Origin: Candidatus Kuenenbacteria bacterium HGW-Kuenenbacteria-1
GTDB taxonomy: Bacteria > Patescibacteriota > Patescibacteriia > UBA2591 > PGYQ01
Reading direction: 5' to 3'
DNA length: 64,000 nucleotides
Assembly (NCBI GenBank): GCA_002839745.1
Contig: PGYQ01000001.1
Location: 80,775-144,774 of the forward strand
Shown piece by piece: positions 9,393-18,384 of this stretch (its first letter is position 1; every line of letters begins with the position of its first letter). Below the pieces are notes generated by a model, which had not been told where the DNA came from, made no database searches, and saw nothing but the letters and a program-made list of their open reading frames with translations. The position numbers were made by a program, and so were the translations under genes.

Positions 9393-10787
9393 ATGGATAA
9401 ATTGTTATATAAAATTAAAAAATATATTCCATTAAAAATCTTTAAAACTTTACGGCCTTTTTATCATTTTTTATTTAGCATTGCATCGGCAATCTGGTAT
9501 CGCTTTCCATCTGATAAATTAATTGTTATTGGTATTACCGGAACAACAGGTAAAACCACGAGCGTTTTTTTAATGGCAAAGATGTTGAGTGATATAGGTT
9601 ATAAAGTTGGATATATTTCTACGGCCATGTTCAGCGATGGTAAAAAAGAATGGTTAAACGATAAAAAAATGACTATGCCTGGTCGTTTTTTTATTCAAAA
9701 AATGTTATTTGAAATGGTAAAAAATAAATGTCATTATGCTATTGTTGAAACAACATCAGAAGGTATTGAGCAATTTCGTCATCGTTTTATTAATTATGAT
9801 ATTTTAATTTTTACAGGTCTTTATCCAGAGCATATAGAATCTCATGGTAGTTTTGAAAATTATCGTAAAGCTAAAGGCAAACTATTTGCTTATTTGAAAA
9901 AATGTCATACAAAATATGTTGATGATAAAAAAGTTGTAAAATTAGCTGATAGCGGTATTAAAAAAATTATTTTAAATAAAATTAAAAAAATTATTATTAT
10001 TAATACTGATGATAAAGAAGCTGATTATTTTTTTAATTTTTGGGCTGAAGAAAAAATGGGATATAAAATTGATAATGAAAATTATCAAAATAAATATAAT
10101 ATAATTAAATATGGAAAAATAAAATCAGATATACATGGCATTAATTTTATTGTTAATAATCTTGAAATAAAATTAAACATATTAGGTGAATTTAATGTTT
10201 CCAATGCTATGAATGCAGTTTGTCTTGGTTTATCTCAAGGGATTGATTTGGCAAAAATTGCTGATAGTTTAAGTAAAATTCAGCAAGTGCCTGGGAGATT
10301 GGAATTAATTAAAGAAGCGCAACCTTTTACTATAATAGTTGATTATTCTTTTGAGCCTGGAGCAATGACAAAACTTTATGAAACCATTGAAGTTTTGCCA
10401 CATCAAAAGATTATTCATCTTTTGGGTTCTTGTGGCGGTGGGAGAGATACGTCTTATAGAAGTGAAAAAGGAAAAATTGCTGGAGCTAAAGCGGATATAG
10501 TAATTATTACTAATGAAGATCCTTATGATGAAGATCCTCAAAATATAATTAATCAGGTTTCATTGGGCGCTATAAGTTCCGGTAAAATTTTAGAAAAAAA
10601 TTTATTTAAAATTTTAGACAGAAGAGATGCAATTCATAAAGCATTATCTCTAGCTAAAGAAGGGGATTTAGTTTTAATCACAGGCAAAGGTTGCGAACAA
10701 GCAATTTGTGTAGCATCAGGAGAAAAAATCCCATGGGATGATAGGAGAGTTGTTAAAGAAGAATTAAAAGATTTTTTATTTATATAA
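9393..10787 (+). CDS. murE: Mur ligase family protein, MurE-like (UDP-MurNAc-tripeptide synthetase)
   Basis: IGITGTTGKTTSVFL, ETTSEGIEQFR, ILIFTGLYPEHIESHGSFENYRKAKGKLF, DYSFEPGAM. These are the canonical Mur ligase ATP-binding motifs. Confidence 0.7.
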   Translation: MDKLLYKIKKYIPLKIFKTLRPFYHFLFSIASAIWYRFPSDKLIVIGITGTTGKTTSVFLMAKMLSDIGYKVGYISTAMFSDGKKEWLNDKKMTMPGRFFIQKMLFEMVKNKCHYAIVETTSEGIEQFRHRFINYDILIFTGLYPEHIESHGSFENYRKAKGKLFAYLKKCHTKYVDDKKVVKLADSGIKKIILNKIKKIIIINTDDKEADYFFNFWAEEKMGYKIDNENYQNKYNIIKYGKIKSDIHGINFIVNNLEIKLNILGEFNVSNAMNAVCLGLSQGIDLAKIADSLSKIQQVPGRLELIKEAQPFTIIVDYSFEPGAMTKLYETIEVLPHQKIIHLLGSCGGGRDTSYRSEKGKIAGAKADIVIITNEDPYDEDPQNIINQVSLGAISSGKILEKNLFKILDRRDAIHKALSLAKEGDLVLITGKGCEQAICVASGEKIPWDDRRVVKEELKDFLFI

Positions 10788-10792
10788 AATAT

Positions 10793-11962
10793 ATGTTTTA
10801 TTTTAATATTTCAAAATTACTCCCGCGTCTCTTAAAAAGAGAAGTGGCTGAATTATACATTACTGTTGCCATAAAAAGTTTCGCTCTTTCAATGATTTCT
10901 ATTTTTGAACCACTTTATTTTTATAAATTAGGTTTTACGATTCCACAAATTTTGCTTTTTTATTTAGCAACCTATATTTTATACTTTTTTATTGTGCCTT
11001 TGGGAGGCAAAATTATTAATCGTTTTGGGTTTGAACATTCAATCTTTTTTTCTGTTCCGTTTTGTATCCTATATTTTTTAACTCTTTATTTAATTTCGAT
11101 TTATTCTTTTTTTATTCTAATTGCCCCTATTTTTTTAATTATTTATAAAACATTATATTGGCCTAGTTATCATGCTAACTTAGCTAAATATGGCATTGAA
11201 AAAGAAAGAGGAAAAGAGGTAAGCGCATTAAATGTAATTGATTTATTATTTGGAGCGATTGGCCCTATTTTGGGAGGATTGATTATTACTTCTTTTGGAT
11301 TTAATATTTTATTTATTATTGTTGCTTGCATTCTTCTTGTTTCAGTTATTCCTCTTTTTACAACAAAAGAAAAATTTATTTCTAAAGAAATCTTTTCATA
11401 TAAAAAATGCTTCGAACGTTTATTTGCTTTAGGAAACAGAAAGGCAATGTGGAAATTTATGGGACTAGGCGAAGAAATGATTTATTTAATTATTTGGCCT
11501 ATTTTTATTTTTTTAATTATCAAAAATTATTCAGTTATTGGTGGTTTAATGACTTTATCTCTTTTAATTAGTGTTTTTGCTACATCTTATATTGGTTATT
11601 CTTTTGATAATGGTAATGGAAAAAAAATATTAAGAAAAAATTTAATTTTATATTTTATTTTATGGCTCATTCGAGGATTTATTAGTACGCCAGTAGGATT
11701 TTTTTTAATAGAACTCTTTAGTAAAATCACTAATGCTGGCATTCATATTCCTTTAATGGCACATACTTATAAAAAAGCCAATAAATATGGAACATTAAAA
11801 TATTCTATATTTTTTGAACAAGCATTAATTATTGGGAAAACATTCATCACTTTTATTGTCTTTTTATTATTTTTTATTTGGGGTGCGGGATTTTGGGTTT
11901 GGGTTGTTTGTTTTTTTATTGCTGGTTTATGTTCTTTATTGTATTATATTGATTCAAAATAA
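10793..11962 (+). CDS. polytopic integral membrane protein, possibly an MFS-type transporter
   Basis: 389 aa with about 10-12 hydrophobic helices. No catalytic motif recognised. Confidence 0.5.
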   Translation: MFYFNISKLLPRLLKREVAELYITVAIKSFALSMISIFEPLYFYKLGFTIPQILLFYLATYILYFFIVPLGGKIINRFGFEHSIFFSVPFCILYFLTLYLISIYSFFILIAPIFLIIYKTLYWPSYHANLAKYGIEKERGKEVSALNVIDLLFGAIGPILGGLIITSFGFNILFIIVACILLVSVIPLFTTKEKFISKEIFSYKKCFERLFALGNRKAMWKFMGLGEEMIYLIIWPIFIFLIIKNYSVIGGLMTLSLLISVFATSYIGYSFDNGNGKKILRKNLILYFILWLIRGFISTPVGFFLIELFSKITNAGIHIPLMAHTYKKANKYGTLKYSIFFEQALIIGKTFITFIVFLLFFIWGAGFWVWVVCFFIAGLCSLLYYIDSK

Positions 11963-11994
11963 AAAATAATATAGAATTAAATTCTATTTTTTTT

Positions 11995-12066
11995 CCGCCT
12001 ATAGCTCAATGGTAGAGCAGTAGCCTCTTAAGCTATTGGTTCCAGGTTCGAGTCCTGGTGGGCGGA
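11995..12066 (+). tRNA. tRNA-Lys (anticodon CTT)
   Basis: Acceptor CCGCCTA/TGGGCGG. D-arm GCTC-AATGGTA-GAGC. Anticodon stem GTAGC/GCTAT with loop ctCTTaa. T-arm CCAGG-TTCGAGT-CCTGG. Confidence 0.8.
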
Positions 12067-12197
12067 AAAAAAATAGAAAATTTTTACTTATTATTATTTA
12101 TTATTTTACAATTTTCTATAAATTTGGTATTATTAAAATAAGATTTAATTTTTATTTTTCGTAACTATATATTAGTTACGAGTTACTCTAAATTTTT

Positions 12198-12380
12198 ATG
12201 ATAAAATCTCATAAATCAATTACAAAACGTTTTAGTAAAACTAAAACTGGAAAAATTTTGCATCGCGTTTGCGGGCAAGATCATTTTAATGCGAGAGAGA
12301 GTGGCAATACAACTAGAAATAAACGCAAAGACAAAGTATTGTCTCCGGCATTTCAAAAAGCTTTGAAAAAATTATTTTAA
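12198..12380 (+). CDS. rpmI: 50S ribosomal protein bL35
   Basis: 60-aa basic protein KSHKSITKRFSKTKTGKILHR, matching the L35 N-terminal signature K-[ST]-H-x-x-x-x-KRF-x-x-T-x-x-GK. Confidence 0.7.
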   Translation: MIKSHKSITKRFSKTKTGKILHRVCGQDHFNARESGNTTRNKRKDKVLSPAFQKALKKLF

Positions 12381-12384
12381 ACAA

Positions 12385-13017
12385 ATGAAATTTATTCGTT
12401 CAAAAAAACTTATTTTTGTAAATAATAAAGGAGGAGTTGGTAAAACTACATTGGCTTTTAATACTGCTGTTAAATTTTCTGAAAATAGAATTATATTTTT
12501 AGGATCTGATTATTTTATCGCGCCTTTAATGCCTGATGCTTTTTCTGTTCAAGGTATTGAGAATTTAGGAAATACTTTTGAGGAATGGAAAGATAATTGG
12601 AAAAAAACTGCAAGAGTTTTAGCAAAAGATAAGGGGATCGCTCATAATAAAGTTTTAGATGGTGAAGGACTGTTTATAGGTTATGTAATAAATTCATATA
12701 ATCAATATTCAAAAAAGCCAATTAAAAATAATGAAGAATGGATTGCTAAAATTCCTAGTTATATTAAAAAATATTTATCAGAAAAACATTGTAGAAATGG
12801 ACTTGTTGAAAAATCTTGGAAATCAGAATTGGCGTTGATTAAAGATTTTGGACAATTGTCTCCATTAGCGTGGATTAAAAATAAAGCTATATTTAATCTT
12901 GATCCAATTATTGATGGTTTTGAAAATATAAAAAGGACTAAAGAAAATCTTGAGCAATCTAAAAAAGAATTTAGCCAGCTATCAGAAAAGATTTTAAAAA
13001 TCCTTTCAAAATATTAA
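12385..13017 (+). CDS. ParA/MinD-like P-loop ATPase homolog that looks internally deleted: deviant Walker A present, switch/Walker B segment absent
   Basis: LIFVNNKGGVGKTTLAFNTA is followed directly by RIIFLGSDYFIAPLMPDAFSVQGIENL, which resembles the C-terminal ParA region. 210 aa. No parB nearby. Confidence 0.5.
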   Translation: MKFIRSKKLIFVNNKGGVGKTTLAFNTAVKFSENRIIFLGSDYFIAPLMPDAFSVQGIENLGNTFEEWKDNWKKTARVLAKDKGIAHNKVLDGEGLFIGYVINSYNQYSKKPIKNNEEWIAKIPSYIKKYLSEKHCRNGLVEKSWKSELALIKDFGQLSPLAWIKNKAIFNLDPIIDGFENIKRTKENLEQSKKEFSQLSEKILKILSKY

Positions 13018-13040
13018 TTTTAATTTTAATTTTTTATTTC

Positions 13041-13589
13041 ATGAGAACTTATCGCAATAAATTTGCTGCTTATAAAAAACAAAAAAAATTTTATTATAAA
13101 AATGAAAAAATATTTGCTTTAGAGGTTAAATTAGTTGATGAACAAGGTGAATTCATTGGAATTTTTCCTACTAAAGAAGCTCTTGAAATGGCCAAAGAAA
13201 GGGGATATGATTTGGTAGAAATTTCTCCAAAAGAAAATCCTCCAGTGGCAAAGTTTTTAAATTTTGGACAACTTCAGTACGAAGAACAAAAAAAAAGACG
13301 AAAAGAAAAGGCTAAATTAAAAACCATAGAAACAAAAGGAATAAGATTAAGTTTACGAATCAGTCAACATGATTTAGATATAAAATTAAAACAAGTTCAA
13401 AAATTTTTTGAAAAAAAACATAAGGTAAAAATAGAAATGAATTTAAAAGGAAGAGAAAGACAACATGCAGATTTAGCAATGCAAATTATTCAGAAATTTA
13501 TTGAACAATTAGGAGAAAAAGTTGTTATTGAACAACCAACAGCAAGACAGGGTGGTCGTTTATTTATTTTAATAAAAGAAAAAGAATAA
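13041..13589 (+). CDS. infC: translation initiation factor IF-3
   Basis: IRLVDEQGEFIGIFPTKEALEMAKERGYDLVEISPKENPPVAKFLNFGQLQYEEQKK and the C-terminal domain. The ORF track starts at an ATG, but a non-AUG start upstream cannot be excluded. Confidence 0.85.
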   Translation: MRTYRNKFAAYKKQKKFYYKNEKIFALEVKLVDEQGEFIGIFPTKEALEMAKERGYDLVEISPKENPPVAKFLNFGQLQYEEQKKRRKEKAKLKTIETKGIRLSLRISQHDLDIKLKQVQKFFEKKHKVKIEMNLKGRERQHADLAMQIIQKFIEQLGEKVVIEQPTARQGGRLFILIKEKE

Positions 13590-13596
13590 TAAAACT

Positions 13597-15048
13597 ATGG
13601 CAGAAGAAGTAATTTTGAGATTTGATAATGTATCATTTGAATATTTATATAAAAAACCTCTTTTAGAAGAGGCTAGTTTTAGTATTCGTAAAGGTTCAAA
13701 AATTACCTTAATGGGACAAAATGGCGCTGGCAAAAGTACTCTTTTTGGTTTAATAAAAAATGAACTTAGTCCAAAAACAGGAAAAATATCAATTACTAAT
13801 AATGCGACAATTGGTACGGCCATGCAAGTAATTAATAGAGAAGATTTTGATTTAACAATAGAAGAATATTTTGCTAAAGCTTTTGAAATAGTGCCAGCTG
13901 ATCTTAAAAGTAAAATAAGCAAGGTAATGGAAGTAGTAAATTTAGTTATTTCTATAGATAAAAAAGTGGGTTTTCTTTCTGGAGGACAAAAAGCTCGATT
14001 GTTATTGGCCTATGCCTTAATTAAAAACCCAGATATTCTATTATTAGATGAACCAACAAATAATCTTGATCAAACAGGAATTGATCATTTAATTACATTT
14101 TTAATAATGTATGAAAAAACTGTTATTGTTATTTCTCATGATGCTGATTTTTTAAATTGTTTTACTGAGGGCGTTATTTATTTGGATATATTTACTAAAA
14201 AACTTGAAACATATGTTGGAGATTATTATTCTGTGGTAGAAGAAATAGAAAAAAGAATAGAAAGAGAAATAAAGAAAAATGCTCAATTAGAAAAACAAAT
14301 TCAAGATCGAAAAGAAAAGGTTAATTTTTTTGCTAATAAAGGTGGAAAAATGCGAAAATTAGCACAAAAATTACGAAATGAAACAGAAGAGATGGAAGAA
14401 AATAAAGTGGACGTAAGAAGAGAAGATAAAACAATAAGAAATTTTATAATTCCTTGTCAGGATATTTTTGGAAATATTGTTACAATAAAATCGGTAAAAA
14501 TTATTAAGGATCATCAACCAATAATTAAAAAAATAGACAAGGTATTAACAAAAGGTATGCGTATGTTAATTTCTGGTCCAAATGGAATTGGTAAAACTAC
14601 TTTTTTGCGATCGCTGATAAATAATGAAAACGAGGGAGCTAATATATTAGATGGAGTTTGTGTGGGATATTATAGTCAAGATTTTACTAATTTGAATTTT
14701 AATGACACTGTTTTTGATTCATTAGAAAGTATTTTAAAAACAGGCACAGACGAACAAGAAATGAGATCAATTGCTGCTGGTTTTTTAATTACTGGCGATT
14801 TAATGGGACATAAAGTATCTCATTTATCTGAGGGGCAAAAAGGGTTATTGTCTTTTGCTCGGCTAGTATTAATGTGTCCGGGACTTTTGATTTTAGATGA
14901 GCCAACGAACCATATTAATTTTAGACATATTCCAGTAATTGCCAAAGCCCTTAATGAATATAAAGGAGCAATGATTTTAATTAGTCATATGCCTGAATTT
15001 GCAGAAAAAATAAAAATAGATGAAAACCTTGATTTAGGAAAAATTTAA
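13597..15048 (+). CDS. ABC-F family ATPase with two ABC domains and no TM domain (translation-associated ABC-F, EttA/Uup-like)
   Basis: Two Walker A/signature/Walker B sets: GQNGAGKST ... LSGGQKARL ... LLLDEPTNNLD, and GPNGIGKTT ... LSEGQKGLL ... LILDEPTNHIN. A charged linker lies between them. Confidence 0.8.
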   Translation: MAEEVILRFDNVSFEYLYKKPLLEEASFSIRKGSKITLMGQNGAGKSTLFGLIKNELSPKTGKISITNNATIGTAMQVINREDFDLTIEEYFAKAFEIVPADLKSKISKVMEVVNLVISIDKKVGFLSGGQKARLLLAYALIKNPDILLLDEPTNNLDQTGIDHLITFLIMYEKTVIVISHDADFLNCFTEGVIYLDIFTKKLETYVGDYYSVVEEIEKRIEREIKKNAQLEKQIQDRKEKVNFFANKGGKMRKLAQKLRNETEEMEENKVDVRREDKTIRNFIIPCQDIFGNIVTIKSVKIIKDHQPIIKKIDKVLTKGMRMLISGPNGIGKTTFLRSLINNENEGANILDGVCVGYYSQDFTNLNFNDTVFDSLESILKTGTDEQEMRSIAAGFLITGDLMGHKVSHLSEGQKGLLSFARLVLMCPGLLILDEPTNHINFRHIPVIAKALNEYKGAMILISHMPEFAEKIKIDENLDLGKI

Positions 15049-16004
15049 AATTCTTTTTTATATTGAGCAAGGATTTTTTGGGCTTCTTTTAAATTTTTAG
15101 TTTCCATTAATTGTATTCGAATTTTTTTAGCAAGAGGAAAACCAGTGATATAAGTATTAAAATGTTTTTTTAAAACAGCAAAATTTTTCGATTCTTGATA
15201 ATTTTTATAAAATAAAAAAGCATGTTCTTGGGTAATTATTATTTTTTCTAAAGGTGAAATTAATTGTTTATCTTTTTTAGAATTAAATATCCAAGGATTT
15301 CCAATGGCTGCTCGGCCAATCATAATCCCATCTGCTCCTGTTTCTTTTGCTTTTATTTTAGCTTCTTTAAGATTTTTAATATCACCATTGCCAATAATTA
15401 AGGTTTCACTTTTTTTGGCAATTTTTACTGCCTCTTTGATCATTTCCCAATGCGAAGGAAAGGAAAACATTTCTTTTCTTGTTCGAGCGTGAATGGTAAT
15501 TGCTACTGGAGCTTCGGCTAAAAGTTCTGGTAACCAACTTGTCAAAATGTTTTTATCATAACCAATCCTTGTTTTTATTGACACAGGTAATTTTCCAGCA
15601 CCTTTTTTTGTTGCTTGAATAATTTCTCGCGCTAGTTTTGGGTTTTTAATTAAAGATGCGCCAGCTCCTTGTTTTTCTATTTTTTTATCAGGACAACCCA
15701 TATTAATATCAATGCCGTCAAAACCTAATGTTTTAATTAATTTTGCCACTTTAAAAAAATTATCTGGTTTAGCGCCAAAAATTTGAGCTACAATTGGTTT
15801 TTCATTTTTTTCAAAAGCAAAATAAGGCAATAATTTTTCTTTTGCTTGCGAACAAAGTCCGTCTACAGAAACAAATTCAGTAAAAAAAACATCTGGTTTG
15901 CCGTATTTTACAAACATTTGTCGAAAAACAATATCAGTCACCTCGTGCATTGGCGCTAAAATAAAGAAAGGTTTTTTTAATTTTTCCCAAAAGCCTTTTT
16001 CCAT
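15045..16004 (-). CDS. dusB: tRNA-dihydrouridine synthase
   Basis: ILAPMHEVTDIVFRQMF, DINMGCPDKKIEKQGAGASLIKNPKLAREII, and the TIM-barrel FMN motifs. Confidence 0.85.
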   Translation of the reverse strand: MEKGFWEKLKKPFFILAPMHEVTDIVFRQMFVKYGKPDVFFTEFVSVDGLCSQAKEKLLPYFAFEKNEKPIVAQIFGAKPDNFFKVAKLIKTLGFDGIDINMGCPDKKIEKQGAGASLIKNPKLAREIIQATKKGAGKLPVSIKTRIGYDKNILTSWLPELLAEAPVAITIHARTRKEMFSFPSHWEMIKEAVKIAKKSETLIIGNGDIKNLKEAKIKAKETGADGIMIGRAAIGNPWIFNSKKDKQLISPLEKIIITQEHAFLFYKNYQESKNFAVLKKHFNTYITGFPLAKKIRIQLMETKNLKEAQKILAQYKKEF

Positions 16005-16052
16005 ATTATCAGTTTAATATAGACTTAATTTTTTTTCAAATAATAATTTAAA

Positions 16053-16093
16053 AAACTATGGGATAAACTATGGGCGTTAAAAACCCATAGTTT
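16053..16093. promoter_or_regulatory. candidate operator in the divergent dusB/murA promoter region: AAACTATGGG direct repeat x2 and a 10-bp perfect inverted repeat AAACTATGGG-N9-CCCATAGTTT
   Basis: AAACTATGGG at 16053-62 and again at 16065-74. The exact reverse complement CCCATAGTTT is at 16084-93. The site lies between divergently transcribed genes. Confidence 0.35.
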
Positions 16094-16158
16094 ATTTTTA
16101 ATTTTCTTTTTATATGTGCCATTGGTAATGATTTAAATTTTATGTTAATATTTTATAT

Positions 16159-17415
16159 ATGAAATATATTATTCAAGGTAAAAGAAAATTAAATGGAGAA
16201 ATCAAGGTTAATGGAGCTAAAAATTTAGCTTTAAAAGCATTAGCCGCTTCTTTTTTATTTAAACAAGATATTATTATTAATAATGTTCCGGATATTGAAG
16301 ATATAAAACAAATGTTAGAAATAATAAAAGATTTAGGAGCCAAAGTGAAAAAAATTAATGATTATAAATATAAAATTTCTACAAAAAATATTAACAAAAT
16401 AGAATTGAGTTCTAGTTTAGCTCCTAAATTACGAGCCTCTATTGTTTTAATTGGTCCAATGTTGGCAAGATTTGGTGAAGCAAAACTTCCATATCCAGGT
16501 GGATGTATAATTGGTATGAGACCAATTGATATTTTTATTGATGGATTTAAAGCATTGGGAGTTGAAATAGAAGAAAATAAAAATGGTTTTTATTTTAAAG
16601 TAAAAAAATTAAAAGGCGCTAAATTTATTTTTCCAATTATTAGTGTTACGGCAACGGAAACATTAATGATGGCGGCAACGTTGGCTAAAGGTAAAACAAC
16701 TTTGGTTAATTCTGCTTGTGAACCAGAAATTTCAGCTTTGGCTAATTATCTTAATTCTTGTGGAGCAAAAATTTCTGGGGCAGGGACAAGCACAATTATT
16801 ATTGAAGGAGTAAATAAATTATTAGCTAAAGACGTTTTTAATATCATTCCGGACAGAATAGAAGCTGGCACTTTTGCTATTATGGCTGCAGCAACAAAAA
16901 GTGATATTTTAATTAAAAATTGTGATCCTAATCATTTAGAAATTCCTCTTTTAATGTTAAAAAAAATTGGTGTAAATTTTGAAACAAAAAAGGATTATAT
17001 TCACGTATTTCCTTCTAAAAATTTAAAAGCGACAAATATTGTCACTCATGAATATCCTGGATTTGTTACTGATTTACAAGCGCCATTTACTGTTTTATTA
17101 ACTCAAGCTCAGGGAATTAGTTTAATTCATGAAACGATTTATGAAGGAAGATTATTTTATATTGATAAATTAAATAGAATGGGCGCGCATATTATTTTAT
17201 GCGATCCACATCGAGCGATTGTTAATGGCTTAACAAAATTATATGGCAAAAAAGTAGAAAGTCCAGATATTCGAGCGGGTATGGCAATAATGATTGCTGC
17301 TCTTATTGCCGAAGGAGAAACAGAAATTGATAATATTTATCAAATTAATCGAGGATATGAAAAAATTGATGAACGATTACAAAAGTTGGGAGCAGAAATT
17401 AAGAGACAGGATTAA
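16159..17415 (+). CDS. murA: UDP-N-acetylglucosamine 1-carboxyvinyltransferase
   Basis: Full-length 418 aa. Begins MKYIIQGKRKLNGEIKVNGAKNLALKALAASFL. The active-site Cys region CIIGMRPID and the EPT fold repeats are present. Confidence 0.9.
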   Translation: MKYIIQGKRKLNGEIKVNGAKNLALKALAASFLFKQDIIINNVPDIEDIKQMLEIIKDLGAKVKKINDYKYKISTKNINKIELSSSLAPKLRASIVLIGPMLARFGEAKLPYPGGCIIGMRPIDIFIDGFKALGVEIEENKNGFYFKVKKLKGAKFIFPIISVTATETLMMAATLAKGKTTLVNSACEPEISALANYLNSCGAKISGAGTSTIIIEGVNKLLAKDVFNIIPDRIEAGTFAIMAAATKSDILIKNCDPNHLEIPLLMLKKIGVNFETKKDYIHVFPSKNLKATNIVTHEYPGFVTDLQAPFTVLLTQAQGISLIHETIYEGRLFYIDKLNRMGAHIILCDPHRAIVNGLTKLYGKKVESPDIRAGMAIMIAALIAEGETEIDNIYQINRGYEKIDERLQKLGAEIKRQD

Positions 17416-17510
17416 AAATCAGTAATTAGTAATGGTTAAACAAATAATGTGAGTGAGGGTTTGCATCTACTTAATTTATTTTTTGGGTAAGTTGGAAAGT
17501 TTATTTTTTT

Positions 17511-17569
17511 GGGTAGGTTGGAGCCTCTGCTCCAACCAAAAAATGAGAGCAGAGGCTCTCATCTACCCC
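17511..17569 (+). repeat. REP-like 59-bp nested palindrome, copy 1
   Basis: GGGTAGGTTGGAGCCTCTGCTCCAACCAAAAAATGAGAGCAGAGGCTCTCATCTACCCC. An outer stem GGGTAG/CTACCC encloses two hairpins, GGTTGGAGC-CTCT-GCTCCAACC and TGAGAGC-AGAG-GCTCTCA. It is GC-rich in an AT-rich genome. A degenerate half-copy GGGTAAGTTGGA lies at 17487-17498. Confidence 0.7.
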
Positions 17570-17746
17570 AAGAATTGGAATTAGGGAATTGGAATTAGAA
17601 TGAATTAGGGACCGTTCATAAAAGTGTGGCTAGCTTTTTTTATCTTTTTGGGTTTAATAGTTAAAAATGGTTGCAATAATAGTTAAATTTGTTTTATTAT
17701 TAGAATAAATATTAAATTTATTATTAAATAATTATACATTTTTACT

Positions 17747-18370
17747 ATGCCAGACACAATTTTATGTAGGGTCTCAAGAATTATAACTTTTAGAAATAAA
17801 AATAATAAAATGCAATTTAAAAATTTTCCTAAATTTCAAGAAGGAATTCATTTTATCACAACAAAAACATTTAGAAATTATCCATATTTTAAAGATGAAA
17901 AAAATTGTCTAATTTTATTAGAAGAATTGAATTTTTATAGAAAAAAATTAGATTTTAAGATTTTGGGTTATGTAATAATGTCAGATCATTTACATTTTTT
18001 AATTTGGTGGGACATAGAAAAATATCCAGAATTAACGATTTCAAAAATAATGCAAGGGATAAAAGGACATTCAGCTATAAAAATAAGAGATTATATAAAT
18101 ATAACGGGTAGGTTGGAGCCTCTGCTCCAACCAAAAGATGAGAGCAGAGGCTCTCATCTACCCCATAAAAAAGGTCTTAAATATAAAATTTGGCAATCTG
18201 GATTTTATGATTTTAATATTATTTCTGAAAGAAAATTTTTAGAAAAGTTAAATTATATTCACAACAATCCAACCAAGTTTGGTTTATGTAAAAATTTAGA
18301 AGATTATAAATGGTCAAGTTATCGACAATTTATAAATTTAGATAAAAATTTAATTTTAAAAATTGATTAG
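17747..18370 (+). CDS. REP-associated tyrosine transposase (RAYT) / IS200-IS605 TnpA-like Y1 HUH transposase carrying an in-frame copy of the REP-like palindrome
   Basis: HUH motif SDHLHFLIW. C-terminal IWQSGFYDFNIISERKFLEKLNYIHNNPTKFGL...YKWSSY matches the RAYT helix that carries the catalytic Tyr. The ORF is about 20 aa longer than typical RAYTs, and the extra segment TGRLEPLLQPKDESRGSHLP is encoded by REP copy 2. Confidence 0.7.
   Translation: MPDTILCRVSRIITFRNKNNKMQFKNFPKFQEGIHFITTKTFRNYPYFKDEKNCLILLEELNFYRKKLDFKILGYVIMSDHLHFLIWWDIEKYPELTISKIMQGIKGHSAIKIRDYINITGRLEPLLQPKDESRGSHLPHKKGLKYKIWQSGFYDFNIISERKFLEKLNYIHNNPTKFGLCKNLEDYKWSSYRQFINLDKNLILKID
18106..18164 (+). repeat. REP-like 59-bp nested palindrome, copy 2, embedded in frame in the RAYT ORF
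   Basis: 58 of 59 positions identical to copy 1. It translates as GRLEPLLQPKDESRGSHLP within the transposase. Confidence 0.7.
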
Positions 18371-18384
18371 TTATAAATTTTTTT

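Larger units (their letters stand above)
17506..18370 (+). mobile_element. RAYT-REP module inserted between murA and ileS
   Basis: A transposase gene plus cognate palindromes occupies the roughly 970-bp murA-ileS spacer. Confidence 0.55.

Noticed and set aside
12385-13017. A chromosome or plasmid partition locus (parAB with parS)
   Set aside because: Only a single, apparently internally deleted ParA-like gene is present. There is no ParB and no recognisable parS palindrome (TGTTTCACGTGAAACA-like).
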